Positions 1 to 9,466 of a stretch of 48,350 bases of DNA are shown here, one piece after another (positions within the stretch are counted from its first letter, which is position 1; each line of letters starts with the position of its first letter). The position numbers were made by a program, and so were the translations under genes. The notes beneath the pieces were generated by a model. The model saw nothing but the letters and a program-made list of their open reading frames with translations, did no database searches and was not told the DNA's origin. The stretch is from Pirellulales bacterium (GTDB lineage: Bacteria; Planctomycetota; Planctomycetia; Pirellulales; UBA1268): NCBI GenBank assembly GCA_046092585.1, contig JBJTDZ010000053.1, positions 1-48,350 of the forward strand, read 5' to 3'.

Positions 1-1
1 C

Positions 2-571
2 AATCCGCTCGTGCTCACGAAGGATGGCACGCTCGTCGCCCTCGACGCCAAGATGACGTTCGACGACAACGCCCTCTTCCGCCATAAAGACATCGCCGCA
101 CTCCGCGACGAGGCCGAGGAAGAGCCGGCCGAGACCCGTGCGGCCGCCGCCGGGCTTTCCTACGTGAAGCTCGATGGCACGATCGGCTGCCTCGTCAACG
201 GCGCGGGTCTCGCCATGAGCACGATGGACCTCGTGAAGTTGCACGGCGGCGAACCGGCCAACTTCCTCGACGTGGGCGGCGGCGCCGACGTGAAACAGGT
301 GACGGAGGCCTTCCGGATCATCCTCTCCGATCCGCACGTGAAGGCGATCCTCGTCAACATCTTCGGTGGGATCATGCGCTGCACCACGATCGCCACGGCC
401 CTCGTCGAGGCCTCGAAGACGGTCGGGTTCACCGTGCCGCTCGTCGTCCGCCTCGAGGGCACCGAGGTCGAGGAGGGCAAGAAGATCCTGGCCGCGAGCG
501 GCGCGGCGATCATCACCGCCGACGGCCTCACCGACGCCGCCCAGAAGGTCGTGGCCGCGGCCAAGGCCTGA
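2..571 (+). CDS. sucC: Succinyl-CoA synthetase beta subunit, 5'-truncated by the window edge
   Basis: [36 protein letters not shown] and VVRLEGT motifs; immediately upstream of sucD. Confidence 0.97.
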   Translation, partial: NPLVLTKDGTLVALDAKMTFDDNALFRHKDIAALRDEAEEEPAETRAAAAGLSYVKLDGTIGCLVNGAGLAMSTMDLVKLHGGEPANFLDVGGGADVKQVTEAFRIILSDPHVKAILVNIFGGIMRCTTIATALVEASKTVGFTVPLVVRLEGTEVEEGKKILAASGAAIITADGLTDAAQKVVAAAKA

Positions 572-612
572 CACACCACTCCCAGCCCCACTCCCCGGAT
601 ACGCATCCACCC

Positions 613-1494
613 ATGAGCATCCTCGTCAATCGCGACACGCGGGTCATCTGCCAGGGCATCACCGGCAAGGTCGGTGAGTTCCATACCCGCGGCTGCCTCG
701 ACTACGGCACCCGGATGGTCGGGGGCGTCACGCCGGGCAAGGGGGGCGAGGAGGTGGCGGGCCTGCCCGTGTACAACACGGTGGCCGAGGCCCGCGACGC
801 CACCGGCGCCAATGCCACGATGATCTTCGTGCCCCCGGCCTTCGCCGCCGACGCGATCCTCGAGGCGGTCGACGCCGGCATCGAGCTGGTGATCGCGATC
901 ACCGAGGGGATCCCGGTGATGGACATGGCCCGGGTGATGCCCGTGGTCAAGGCCTCGAAGAGCCGGCTGATCGGCCCCAACTGCCCCGGAGTGATCACGC
1001 CGGGCCAGTGCAAGATCGGGATCATGCCCGGCTACATCCACACGCCCGGACACGTGGGCGTGATGAGCCGCTCCGGCACGCTCACCTACGAGGCGGTGTG
1101 GCAGCTCACCCAGCTCGGCCACGGCCAGAGCACCTGCGTGGGGCTCGGCGGCGACCCGCTCGTGGGCTCGTCGTTCATCGACATCCTCGCACTCTTCCAG
1201 AACGACCCCGACACCCACGCCATCCTGATGATGGGTGAGATCGGCGGCTCAGCGGAGGAGGAGGCGGCGGACTACGTGAAGCACCACGTCACCAAGCCGG
1301 TGGCGGCCTTCATCGCCGGCCGCACCGCCCCGCCCGGCAAGCGCATGGGGCACGCCGGGGCGATCATCTCGGGGGGCAAGGGCACGGCCGAGGCCAAGCT
1401 CGCGGCCCTCAAGGACGCCGGGATCGAGGTGGCCGAGAGCCCGGCCGACATGGGTGCGGCGCTGGTTCGGGCCCTGAAAAAGCGGGGCGGCTGA
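613..1494 (+). CDS. sucD: Succinyl-CoA synthetase alpha subunit
   Basis: MSILVN...[30 protein letters not shown] and the phospho-His motif RMGHAGAI. Confidence 0.98.
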   Translation: MSILVNRDTRVICQGITGKVGEFHTRGCLDYGTRMVGGVTPGKGGEEVAGLPVYNTVAEARDATGANATMIFVPPAFAADAILEAVDAGIELVIAITEGIPVMDMARVMPVVKASKSRLIGPNCPGVITPGQCKIGIMPGYIHTPGHVGVMSRSGTLTYEAVWQLTQLGHGQSTCVGLGGDPLVGSSFIDILALFQNDPDTHAILMMGEIGGSAEEEAADYVKHHVTKPVAAFIAGRTAPPGKRMGHAGAIISGGKGTAEAKLAALKDAGIEVAESPADMGAALVRALKKRGG

Positions 1495-1599
1495 CCGTTC
1501 CGCCGAACCCGGCGGCCTGCTGCCGCGTATGGCCTTTGTGCGGCCGCGATCCCGGGCGATAATTGCCGCGTGGGGCAGGCCTTGGATGCGCGGTGGTTC

Positions 1600-3594
1600 A
1601 TGAAGCGGAAGCCATTCGGCCGGATCGAGTCGCTCGAGCCACGGCAGGCGCTCGCCGTCGACGTGGTCGCACCGCTGCCCGACATCGCCGTGCCCCGGAA
1701 TGCGGCTCCCGCCGTGATCTCCCTGGCCGGCCGCTACGACGACACCGACGTCACCGGCTCGGTCGTGCGGTTCGACGTCAACTCGCCCTCCCCCTCCGAC
1801 AAGGTGTTCGTCGAGCTCTTCGACGCCCCCGGCGCGGGCCGCACGCGGACGACGCCCGCCACGGTGGCCAACTTCCTCTCGTACGTCGACGGAGGTCACT
1901 ACTCCAACACGTTCATCCATCGCTCCGTGCCCGGCTTCGTCGTGCAGGGAGGCGGCTTCACCGTCACCAACACCAACCCGGTGACGGTGCCGGACGTCAC
2001 GCAGTTCGCATCGGTGGTCAACGAGCCGGGCAACACGAACATTCGCGGCACGATCGCGATGGCCAAGCTCGGAGGCGACCCCAACAGCGCCACCAACCAG
2101 TGGTTCTTCAACCTGGCCGACAACTCCGCGAACCTCGACGCACAGAATGGTGGCTTCACGGCCTTCGGCCGGGTGCTGGGCGGCGGCATGGCGGCCGTCG
2201 ATGCGATCGCGACGGTGCCGCGGTTCGCCTATGGCTCGCCCTTCGACACCATCCCGCTGCGAAACGTGCCGGGGGCGGATCCGTCGGTGGTGAACACGCC
2301 CCCCGCCACTGGTCCGACAGCCGACCAGTTCGTGAAGTTCCCGTCGATCCTCCGCGTGGGCGAACTCGTCTATTCCGTCTCCTCCACGACGCCATCGCTC
2401 GTGACGCCGTCGCTCCAGCCCGATGGCAGCCTGCGGCTCGTGTATGCCCCCGGCGCGATCGGCCGCGGCACCGTCACGGTGCGGGCGACATCGGTCTTCG
2501 ACCCGTCGAGGTTCGTGGATGATTCGTTCGTCGTGACCGTGCGGCCGCCCGTGCCACCGGCCGACACGCTGGTGGGCCGGGCGGGCGACGGCCTGACGAT
2601 CGCCCGCTCCACGGGTACGTCGTTCACCACCGCACCGCTCGCGATGCTGCCGGCCGGCACCACGTGGGTATCCACGGTGACCGGTGATTTCAACGGCGAC
2701 GGCCGGGGCGACGTGGCGACGCTGGCGGCCAACGGGGGCTGGTGGGTGACGCTCACGCCGCCGAGCGGTACGGCGACACCCGCGCTCTGGGCGACGCTGC
2801 GAACAGACGTCGCTTGGCAGTTTCCCACCGTCGGCGACTTCACCGGCGACGGCCGCGCCGACATCGCCGTCCGCAATGGCACCAGCGGCATCTGGCGGAT
2901 CCTCGGCAGCACCGGCACCGGGTTCTCCGCCGCGTCGTTCGGCACGTGGCCGAGCGACGTGCCGTGGCAGAACGTCCGCGGTGGCGACTTCGACGGCGAT
3001 GGCCGGAGCGATCTCGTCGGCCAGCGGACGAGCGACGGCGGCTGGTGGGTGTCGCGAAGCACGGGCGCCGCCTTTGCCACGTCGACCTGGGGCGTGCTCC
3101 GCACGAACGTGCCCTGGCAGACCGCCACCGTCGCCGACTTCACCGGCGACGGCCGCGACGACGTCGCCGTCCGCAACGGCACGAGCGGTATCTGGCGGGT
3201 GCTCGTGAGCAGCGGCACGGCGTTCTCGCTCCCGTCGTTCGGCACCTGGCCGGCCGACGTGCAGTGGCAAAACGTGGTGGCCGGTGACTTCAACAACGAC
3301 GGCAAGGCCGACCTCGCCGGCCAGCGGACGAGCGACGGAGCCTGGTGGGTCTCCACGAGCACCGGGTCGGCGTTCGTCATGTCGACGTGGGCCGTGCTAC
3401 GGACGACCGTCGCCTGGCAGTTCGCCACCGCCGGGGATTTCGACGGTGACGGCCGCAGCGACATCGCCGTCCGCAATGGCACGAGCGGCATCTGGCGGGT
3501 GCTCGCGAGCTCCGGCTCCGCCTTCGCGTCTCCCTCGTTCGGCACCTGGCCGACCGACGTCACCTGGTCGGCGGTCGTCGGCCTCCGCGGCTGA
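1600..3594 (+). CDS. Exported cyclophilin-type peptidyl-prolyl isomerase fused to FG-GAP/VCBS-like repeats (alternative GTG start at 1570)
   Basis: N-terminal planctomycete export motif [11 protein letters not shown]; cyclophilin core [47 protein letters not shown]; six [GA]DFxxDGxxD repeats in the C-terminal half. Confidence 0.9.
   Translation: MKRKPFGRIESLEPRQALAVDVVAPLPDIAVPRNAAPAVISLAGRYDDTDVTGSVVRFDVNSPSPSDKVFVELFDAPGAGRTRTTPATVANFLSYVDGGHYSNTFIHRSVPGFVVQGGGFTVTNTNPVTVPDVTQFASVVNEPGNTNIRGTIAMAKLGGDPNSATNQWFFNLADNSANLDAQNGGFTAFGRVLGGGMAAVDAIATVPRFAYGSPFDTIPLRNVPGADPSVVNTPPATGPTADQFVKFPSILRVGELVYSVSSTTPSLVTPSLQPDGSLRLVYAPGAIGRGTVTVRATSVFDPSRFVDDSFVVTVRPPVPPADTLVGRAGDGLTIARSTGTSFTTAPLAMLPAGTTWVSTVTGDFNGDGRGDVATLAANGGWWVTLTPPSGTATPALWATLRTDVAWQFPTVGDFTGDGRADIAVRNGTSGIWRILGSTGTGFSAASFGTWPSDVPWQNVRGGDFDGDGRSDLVGQRTSDGGWWVSRSTGAAFATSTWGVLRTNVPWQTATVADFTGDGRDDVAVRNGTSGIWRVLVSSGTAFSLPSFGTWPADVQWQNVVAGDFNNDGKADLAGQRTSDGAWWVSTSTGSAFVMSTWAVLRTTVAWQFATAGDFDGDGRSDIAVRNGTSGIWRVLASSGSAFASPSFGTWPTDVTWSAVVGLRG
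2680..3570 (+). repeat. Intragenic tandem triplication with an exact 300-bp (100-aa) period
   Basis: CCGCAA[T/C]GGCAC[C/G]AGCGG[C/T]ATCTGGCGG recurs at 2871, 3171 and 3471. Confidence 0.9.
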
Positions 3595-3867
3595 TCGCGG
3601 GCGGCGTCAGCCGGCTGCCGGATTTCGCGCGGCGGGGCACGGCCCCTTGTGCGGTCACACGGCACGCTCGTGCGTCGGCGTGCCCATCCAAGCCGTAGGC
3701 CGCGAGGCCTCGGGCCGACGAGGGTGCGGGGCACGACCGCCACACGGCGACTGTCCGAGGGCTGACGACCTTCGGCTTTTTCGGACACGCGATCCCCTTC
3801 GCCTGCCTCGTCAGGGATGGCCCGTCGTCGCTACAGCAATCCGGGAAACGCGCTAGAATAATCCGGC

Positions 3868-4590
3868 ATGAACGTCAGCCTCTTCATTCCCTGCTTCGTC
3901 GACCAGATGGCCCCGAAGGTCGGCCTGGCGGTCGCGCGGGTGCTCCAGCGGCTGGGACACACCTGCGAGTTCCGCGCCGCCCAGACCTGCTGCGGCCAGC
4001 CGAGCTTCAACGCCGGCTACTGGGACGAAGCCCGGGCCGTCGCCATCCGGGCGCTCGAGGTGTTTGCCGGCGCCGAGGCGGTGGTGGGCCCGAGCGGGTC
4101 GTGCGTGGCGATGATGCGGGTGTTCTACCCGCAACTCCTCACGGGCACGCCCCACGAGACGGCCGCCCTCGACCTCGCCGCGCGAACCTTCGAGTTCGGA
4201 GAGTTCCTCGTCGAGAAGCTGGGCGTCACCGACGTCGGCGCCCGGTTTCCGCACCGCGTCACCTACCACGATGGCTGCCACGGGCTCCGTGAGCTGCGGA
4301 TCAGGGAGGCGCCCCGCACGCTGCTCCGCGCGGTCGAGGGGCTCGAGCTCGTGGAGTGCGACGAGCCGGAGAGCTGCTGCGGCTTCGGCGGGCTCTTCAG
4401 CGTGAAGTATCCGATGATCTCCACGGCGATGGCCGAGGTGAAGGGTGGGGCACTGGCCCGCACGGAGTGCGACTACATCGTGTCGAGCGACCCCTCCTGC
4501 CAGCTGCAGCTCGACGGCTGGCTGTCGAGGAGCGGGAAGAAGCCGCGCACGATCCATCTCGCCGAGGTGCTCGCGGGAGACGTGCCATGA
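3868..4590 (+). CDS. lutA: L-lactate utilization protein A (CCG-domain Fe-S protein, LutA/LldE)
   Basis: LFIPCFVD, QTCCGQP, YHDGCHGLR and CCGFGGLF motifs; first gene of the lutABC triad. Confidence 0.92.
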   Translation: MNVSLFIPCFVDQMAPKVGLAVARVLQRLGHTCEFRAAQTCCGQPSFNAGYWDEARAVAIRALEVFAGAEAVVGPSGSCVAMMRVFYPQLLTGTPHETAALDLAARTFEFGEFLVEKLGVTDVGARFPHRVTYHDGCHGLRELRIREAPRTLLRAVEGLELVECDEPESCCGFGGLFSVKYPMISTAMAEVKGGALARTECDYIVSSDPSCQLQLDGWLSRSGKKPRTIHLAEVLAGDVP

Positions 4591-6023
4591 TCGCCGGCAG
4601 CCCCGACGCGAACAGCCACACCTTCGAGGCCGCGACGCCGGCCCTGGCCAAGAAGAAGTTTCTCCACGACGCCGCCGCACACGTCCGCGACACGGGTCAC
4701 CGGGCGTTCGTCCGCAAGGCGCTCGGCGGCTACTACACGAGCCGCGACACGCAGAAGGCCCGCTACCGCGACTGGGAGCAGGCCCGCGATGCGGCGAGCC
4801 TCGCCAAGTGGTCGGCCGTCAACCGGCTCGACGAGCTGCTCCCGCAGTTCGTTGCCAACTTCGAGGCCAATGGCGGCCGCGTCCACTGGGCGCGAAACGC
4901 CGACGAGGCCCGCGGCATCATCCTCGAGCTCCTCCGGGCCGCGAAGGCGAAGGCCATCATCAAGAGCAAGTGCATGACGAGCGAGGAGATCCACCTCAAC
5001 GCGGCCATGGAGGCCGACGGTTACGGCGTGGTGGAAAGCGACCTCGGCGAGTTCATCCAGCAGCTCCGCGGAGAGCCCCCCTACCACTTCGTGTTCCCCT
5101 GCATGCACGTCCGCCGCGACGAGATCAGCGACCTCTTCGGAAAGCACCTCGGCACGCCGCCTACCGACAGCCCGGAGGAACTGACGATGATCGCCCGCCG
5201 GCACATGCGCCGGCTCTACGTCGACGCCGACGTGGGGATCACCGGGGCCAACTTCCTCGTCGCCGAGACGGGCCAGATCTCGATCACGGAGAACGAGGGC
5301 AACGCCCGGCTCACGGCGGCCCTGCCGCGGATCCACATCGCCATCTCGGGCATCGAGAAGGTGGTGGCCAATCTCGACGACCTCGCGGTGCTCCTGCCGA
5401 TGCTGGCCACGGCGGGGGCCGGCCAGCCGATGACCTGCTACAACACGCTCTACGCCGGCCCGCGGCAACCGGGCGAGTGCGATGGTCCCGAGGAAATGCA
5501 CCTCGTGCTCCTCGACAACTCCCGGACGGCCCTCCTGGCCGACCCGGAGCAGCGCGACGCCCTCCACTGCATCCGCTGCGGAGCCTGCCTCAACGTCTGC
5601 CCGATCTTCAAGAACGTGGGTGGGTTCACCTACGGCACCACCTATCAGGGGCCGATCGGTTCGGTGATCACGCCGCACCTCCGCGGCCTGGCCGACTGGA
5701 ACCACCTCTCCGGCGCGAGTTCGCTGTGCGGCGCCTGCACCGACGCCTGCCCCGTGCGGATCGACATCCACCACCACCTGCTCCACAACCGTCGCAACGC
5801 CGCCCGCACGAGCCCTAGCCGGCTGGAGCGGCTCGGGCACCGGCTGTTCGTGATGGTGGCCAGCCGGCCCTGGCTCTTCGCCGCGGGCGGGGCGATGTTC
5901 CGCAAGACGCTCTGGCTCGTGAAGAAGCTCAGGCCCCCGCTGCTCCGCGACTGGCTGGCGACGCGGGACCTGCCGCCGGCCCCGGCACGGAGTTTCCGGA
6001 GCGAGTGGAGGAGCCGCCGATGA
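4587..6023 (+). CDS. lutB: L-lactate utilization protein B (LUD domain plus 4Fe-4S ferredoxin, LutB/LldF)
   Basis: KSKCMTSEEI, ESDLGEFI, ENEGNARL, CIRCGACLNVCP and SSLCGACTDACPVRID; ATGA overlap with the lutA stop. Confidence 0.93.
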   Translation: MIAGSPDANSHTFEAATPALAKKKFLHDAAAHVRDTGHRAFVRKALGGYYTSRDTQKARYRDWEQARDAASLAKWSAVNRLDELLPQFVANFEANGGRVHWARNADEARGIILELLRAAKAKAIIKSKCMTSEEIHLNAAMEADGYGVVESDLGEFIQQLRGEPPYHFVFPCMHVRRDEISDLFGKHLGTPPTDSPEELTMIARRHMRRLYVDADVGITGANFLVAETGQISITENEGNARLTAALPRIHIAISGIEKVVANLDDLAVLLPMLATAGAGQPMTCYNTLYAGPRQPGECDGPEEMHLVLLDNSRTALLADPEQRDALHCIRCGACLNVCPIFKNVGGFTYGTTYQGPIGSVITPHLRGLADWNHLSGASSLCGACTDACPVRIDIHHHLLHNRRNAARTSPSRLERLGHRLFVMVASRPWLFAAGGAMFRKTLWLVKKLRPPLLRDWLATRDLPPAPARSFRSEWRSRR

Positions 6024-6751
6024 CACCCTCCGCCCAGCAGTCGGCCCGCGACACGATCCTCGCCCGGATCCGCGAGGCGCTCCGCGAGCCGGCACCCCTG
6101 CCCCACATGCGTTCGCACGCCACCGAAGAGGTCGCCGCCGCCGGACCCGGCCGGCTCACGATCCTGCCCGCCGAGGTGGCGAGGCCCTGGCTGCCCGACG
6201 GTGGCGAGACGCTGCCGGAACGGCTCGCGATCCTCGCCGAGAATCTCGGCAGGTTGCGGGCGGAGGTGCATCGGGCTGCAACACCCGCAGCCGCCGCCGA
6301 GCTGGTCGCCCGCATCGCGGGCGACCGGGGCTGGAAGCGGGTCGCATGGCATCGGCATCCGGCCGTGGAACCGGTGGCCGCGGGCCTCGCGTGCGAGACC
6401 TGGCAGGTCGATGGCGCCGGGTTCGACAAGGACGCCCTGGAGGCCTGCGACGCCGGCATCACCGCCTGCGAGGCGGCCGTCGCGCAGACCGGCTCGATCC
6501 TCGTGTCGAGCGGCAGCTGTGGCGGCCGGGCGGTCTCGATCCTCCCCCACGTGCACGTGGTGATCGTGACCGTCGAGCAGGTCGTGGCCACACTCGGCGA
6601 AGCCCTGGAGCTGGTGCGCACGCGGCATGCGGGGCGGCTGCCCAGCATGCTCTCGTTCATCACCGGCCCGAGCCGCACCGGCGACATCGAGAGGATCCTC
6701 GTGCTCGGGGCCCACGGGCCCAAGGAACTCCTCGTGGTGCTCGTCGGCTGA
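6020..6751 (+). CDS. lutC: L-lactate utilization protein C (LUD domain, LutC/LldG)
   Basis: AQTGSI and ITGPSRTGDIERILVLGAHGP motifs; ATGA overlap with the lutB stop. Confidence 0.92.
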   Translation: MTPSAQQSARDTILARIREALREPAPLPHMRSHATEEVAAAGPGRLTILPAEVARPWLPDGGETLPERLAILAENLGRLRAEVHRAATPAAAAELVARIAGDRGWKRVAWHRHPAVEPVAAGLACETWQVDGAGFDKDALEACDAGITACEAAVAQTGSILVSSGSCGGRAVSILPHVHVVIVTVEQVVATLGEALELVRTRHAGRLPSMLSFITGPSRTGDIERILVLGAHGPKELLVVLVG

Positions 6752-6885
6752 CGCCGCCGGCCGCGTCGAGCGTCACGCAGCCGTACCGCTTACGCGGTTA
6801 CGCTTCCCGAACGTATCGCTGGCCGCAGTGTCCGGAAGCCTGATCGCGTGAGCGATGGGGGCCGCGTCTTTGGTGACGTGGGTGG

Positions 6886-7016
6886 GGGGCTGCCCATGCC
6901 CCGTGGCCGGCGTTGCTGGCCAGCGAAGGCATGGATGCCGGAGCGCAGCCAGCATCGAGTGAGCGCAGGCCCGGAAGTCCGGAGAGAACGTCCGGCCACG
7001 GGGCATGGGCAGCCCC
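6886..7016. repeat. Perfect 25-bp inverted repeat around an 81-bp spacer (REP/MITE-like)
   Basis: GGGGCTGCCCATGCCCCGTGGCCGG (6886-6910) is the exact reverse complement of 6992-7016. Confidence 0.9.
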
Positions 7017-7053
7017 TCGCTGGCCGGCGGCCTGGCAGCGTATGCTCAGTCGC

Positions 7054-7239
7054 ATGAGCACCTGCCGCTGCCCGATCTGCTCGGGCGAGACCCACGAGAT
7101 CCGTGCCAAGCTCGTCTGCCGTCGGTGCGGCACGATTCTCGAAACGTGCTGCGAGGGAGGTCCGATGGCAGGCTCGGGCGACACTGCGGCCGCGCCACCG
7201 GCATCGTCGACACCACCGGAAAACCCTCGCGACGAGTGA
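7054..7239 (+). CDS. 61-aa Cys-rich zinc-ribbon-like small protein
   Basis: CRCPIC...CRRC...ETCCEGG pattern; -10-like TATGCT (7041-7046) 7 nt upstream of the ATG. Confidence 0.65.
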   Translation: MSTCRCPICSGETHEIRAKLVCRRCGTILETCCEGGPMAGSGDTAAAPPASSTPPENPRDE

Positions 7240-7475
7240 GTTTTCGGGTCGGGGAAGTTCGATCTTCGGAGGGAAGTTTGCCGGCAGCGCAAACCTGGCC
7301 GGTCACGGTGTCCCTGCGTAACGGGATCCGCTGACGACCGGGAATGCCGGCAGGCCCGTTCCGTGGCGTCGGTCGTGCAGTGCCATCACTGGGGATGGCG
7401 TCTGCCGGCAGGGGGCCGCGGGGCTTCGGTTTCGCGAAACGTCGGGTGTGAATCCCTTTCCCTCTGGAGGTTGTT

Positions 7476-8816
7476 GTGAAGAAGCGTCTGACATTCAGTT
7501 TCCTGCCTTGGGCGGCCGCCGCCGGCGTGTGTTTCGGTGGCATGGCCCGTGGTGCGGATGCCGTTCCGGCCGCGCCGACCCCGGCCGACGGCTCGGTGCT
7601 CGCCACCGAGGCCCCGGCCGCCGAGGCCGCCGCGTCGGCTGACGCGTGCATGAAGACCGTGAAGGTCTGGAAGATGGTCCCGGAGATCCGGGACGTGGAG
7701 TGCACCGAGTGGGCCACGGAGGTCCGCGAACGGTCGGTCGAGGTGAAGAAGCGGGTGCCGCGGATCGAGGAGAAGACGCGGACCTACACGGTGATGGTGC
7801 CGGAACACCGCACGAAGTCGGTGAACTACACCGTCAACGTGAACGTGCCCGAGACCAGGACGGTCGAGTACAAGGTGAACGTTCCCTACACCGAGCAGGT
7901 CGAGAAGTCCTACTCGGTGATGGTTCCGGTCAAGGAGGAGAAGACCGTGACCTACAAGGTGAACGTGCCCTACACGGAGGAGCGGACCGCCACCTACAAG
8001 GTGAACGTGCCCTACACCGAGGAGGTCCAGCAGACCTACTCGGTGCGGGTGCCGTACACCGAGGAGATGACGGGCCATCGCACGGTGTCGCGTCGGGTGC
8101 CGGTCAAGGGCACGAAGACGGTGACCTGCCGTGGCGGCCACTGGGTGACCGAGGCGAAGGAGATTTCGGCGAACGGCACGTATGACGCCGCCGGCAATCC
8201 CTGCTGCCCGAAGGTCGTCTGCTGCCGGAAGTGGGTTCCCACGTGCGAGACCAAGGAGATCGAGGTCACGACGTGGAAGAATGAGTGCGAGCAGGTTGCT
8301 TACACCTACTGCGTGAAGAAGTTCCGCAGCGAAGAGCGGACGCGGACGGTGTGCGTGCGGAAGACCCGCTGCGAGGAGCGGACGCGGACCTACTGCGTCA
8401 AGCTCTCCCGCTGCGAGGAGCGGACGCGGACCTGCTGCGTGACGAAGATGGTTCCCGAGACCCGCACCAAGTCGGTGTGTGTCAACAAGAGCCGCTGTGA
8501 GACTCGCACCCGCGAGATCACGGTGAACAAGTGCGTCCCCGAGACGCGGACCCGCGAGGTCAACTACACGGTCATGGTGCCCGTGCAGAAGACCCAGACC
8601 TACACGGTGTGCGCCAGCGACGTGGTCTCGGAGACGAAGACCGAGTCGTACGTGGTTCGCGTGCCGAAGAAGGTCACGAAGCAGGTCTGCGTGAAGGTGA
8701 AGAAGTGCGTCGAGGAGCAGGTTCCGGCCGGTGACGCCTGTGGCTGCGGCAACGGCGGCGGCAACGGCGGCTGCGGCAAGAAGGGCGGCCTCCTCGGCTG
8801 CAAGAAGGGCTGCTGA
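7476..8816 (+). CDS. Secreted YTV-repeat, Cys/Val/Thr-rich planctomycete envelope protein
   Basis: GGAGG RBS at 7466-7470; signal-peptide-like N-terminus; repeated YTVMVP/YKVNVPYTE 14-mers matching the YTV repeats described in Rhodopirellula. Confidence 0.88.
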   Translation: MKKRLTFSFLPWAAAAGVCFGGMARGADAVPAAPTPADGSVLATEAPAAEAAASADACMKTVKVWKMVPEIRDVECTEWATEVRERSVEVKKRVPRIEEKTRTYTVMVPEHRTKSVNYTVNVNVPETRTVEYKVNVPYTEQVEKSYSVMVPVKEEKTVTYKVNVPYTEERTATYKVNVPYTEEVQQTYSVRVPYTEEMTGHRTVSRRVPVKGTKTVTCRGGHWVTEAKEISANGTYDAAGNPCCPKVVCCRKWVPTCETKEIEVTTWKNECEQVAYTYCVKKFRSEERTRTVCVRKTRCEERTRTYCVKLSRCEERTRTCCVTKMVPETRTKSVCVNKSRCETRTREITVNKCVPETRTREVNYTVMVPVQKTQTYTVCASDVVSETKTESYVVRVPKKVTKQVCVKVKKCVEEQVPAGDACGCGNGGGNGGCGKKGGLLGCKKGC

Positions 8817-8979
8817 TCCTTCCCCGGCGGCCCGGCCGCCGGAGGCCTTCGAGCGACAGTGCGGCGGGTCGGGCGAACAGGGTCGCCCGGCCCGCCGCCT
8901 CCATTTCCAAACGGCGAGGCTCCATGCACCACTCGCCTGCCTACACTTGAAGCACCATCCACAGGAGTGCCCGAAAACC

Positions 8980-9459
8980 ATGCAGCACTGGCTGATCAAG
9001 AGCGAACCCGACGTCTTCTCGATCCACGATCTCGCGAAGGCGAAGAAGCGGACGACCCACTGGGAGGGCGTGCGCAACTACCAGGCACGCAACTTCATGC
9101 GGGCGATGAAGCAGGGCGACCTGGCCCTCTACTACCACTCCAATGCCGAGCCCTCGGCCGTGGCGGGCGTGGTCGAGATCGTCCGCGCGGCCTATCCCGA
9201 TCCCACGGCCTGGGACCCGCGGAGCGACTATCACGATCCCAAGGCGTCGCCCGAGAATCCCGTCTGGTCGATGGTCGACGTGAAACTCGTCGAGATTTTT
9301 CCGCGGGAGATCCCGCTCGAGGAACTCCGCGGCGTGAAGGCCCTGGCGGGCATGGAGTTGCTCCGCCGGGGGAGCCGGCTGTCGGTGCAGCCCGTCACGG
9401 CAGGCCAGTTTCGGGCGATCCGCACGCTCGCCTCCAAGCCGCCGTCCAGCCGGCCATAA
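8980..9459 (+). CDS. EVE domain-containing protein
   Basis: WLIKSEPDVFSI, WEGVRNYQARNFMR, YYHSN and RLSVQPV motifs; AGGAG upstream. Confidence 0.93.
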   Translation: MQHWLIKSEPDVFSIHDLAKAKKRTTHWEGVRNYQARNFMRAMKQGDLALYYHSNAEPSAVAGVVEIVRAAYPDPTAWDPRSDYHDPKASPENPVWSMVDVKLVEIFPREIPLEELRGVKALAGMELLRRGSRLSVQPVTAGQFRAIRTLASKPPSSRP

Positions 9460-9466
9460 TGCGGTC

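Noticed and set aside
7300-7420. Loose resemblance to a cobalamin riboswitch (GGGAA...CCGG, GCCA...GGGATGGC)
   Set aside because: The conserved core elements (T-loop, CCC..ACTGT, GCCACTG, B12 box) are missing and the downstream gene is unrelated to B12.
7870-8440. 42-bp DNA repeats as a non-coding array
   Set aside because: Fully explained by the 14-aa repeats of the YTV protein.
8980-9459. EVE protein as part of a modification-dependent restriction system
   Set aside because: Stand-alone EVE with no fused or adjacent nuclease, 15 kb from the R-M remnant; this form is common.
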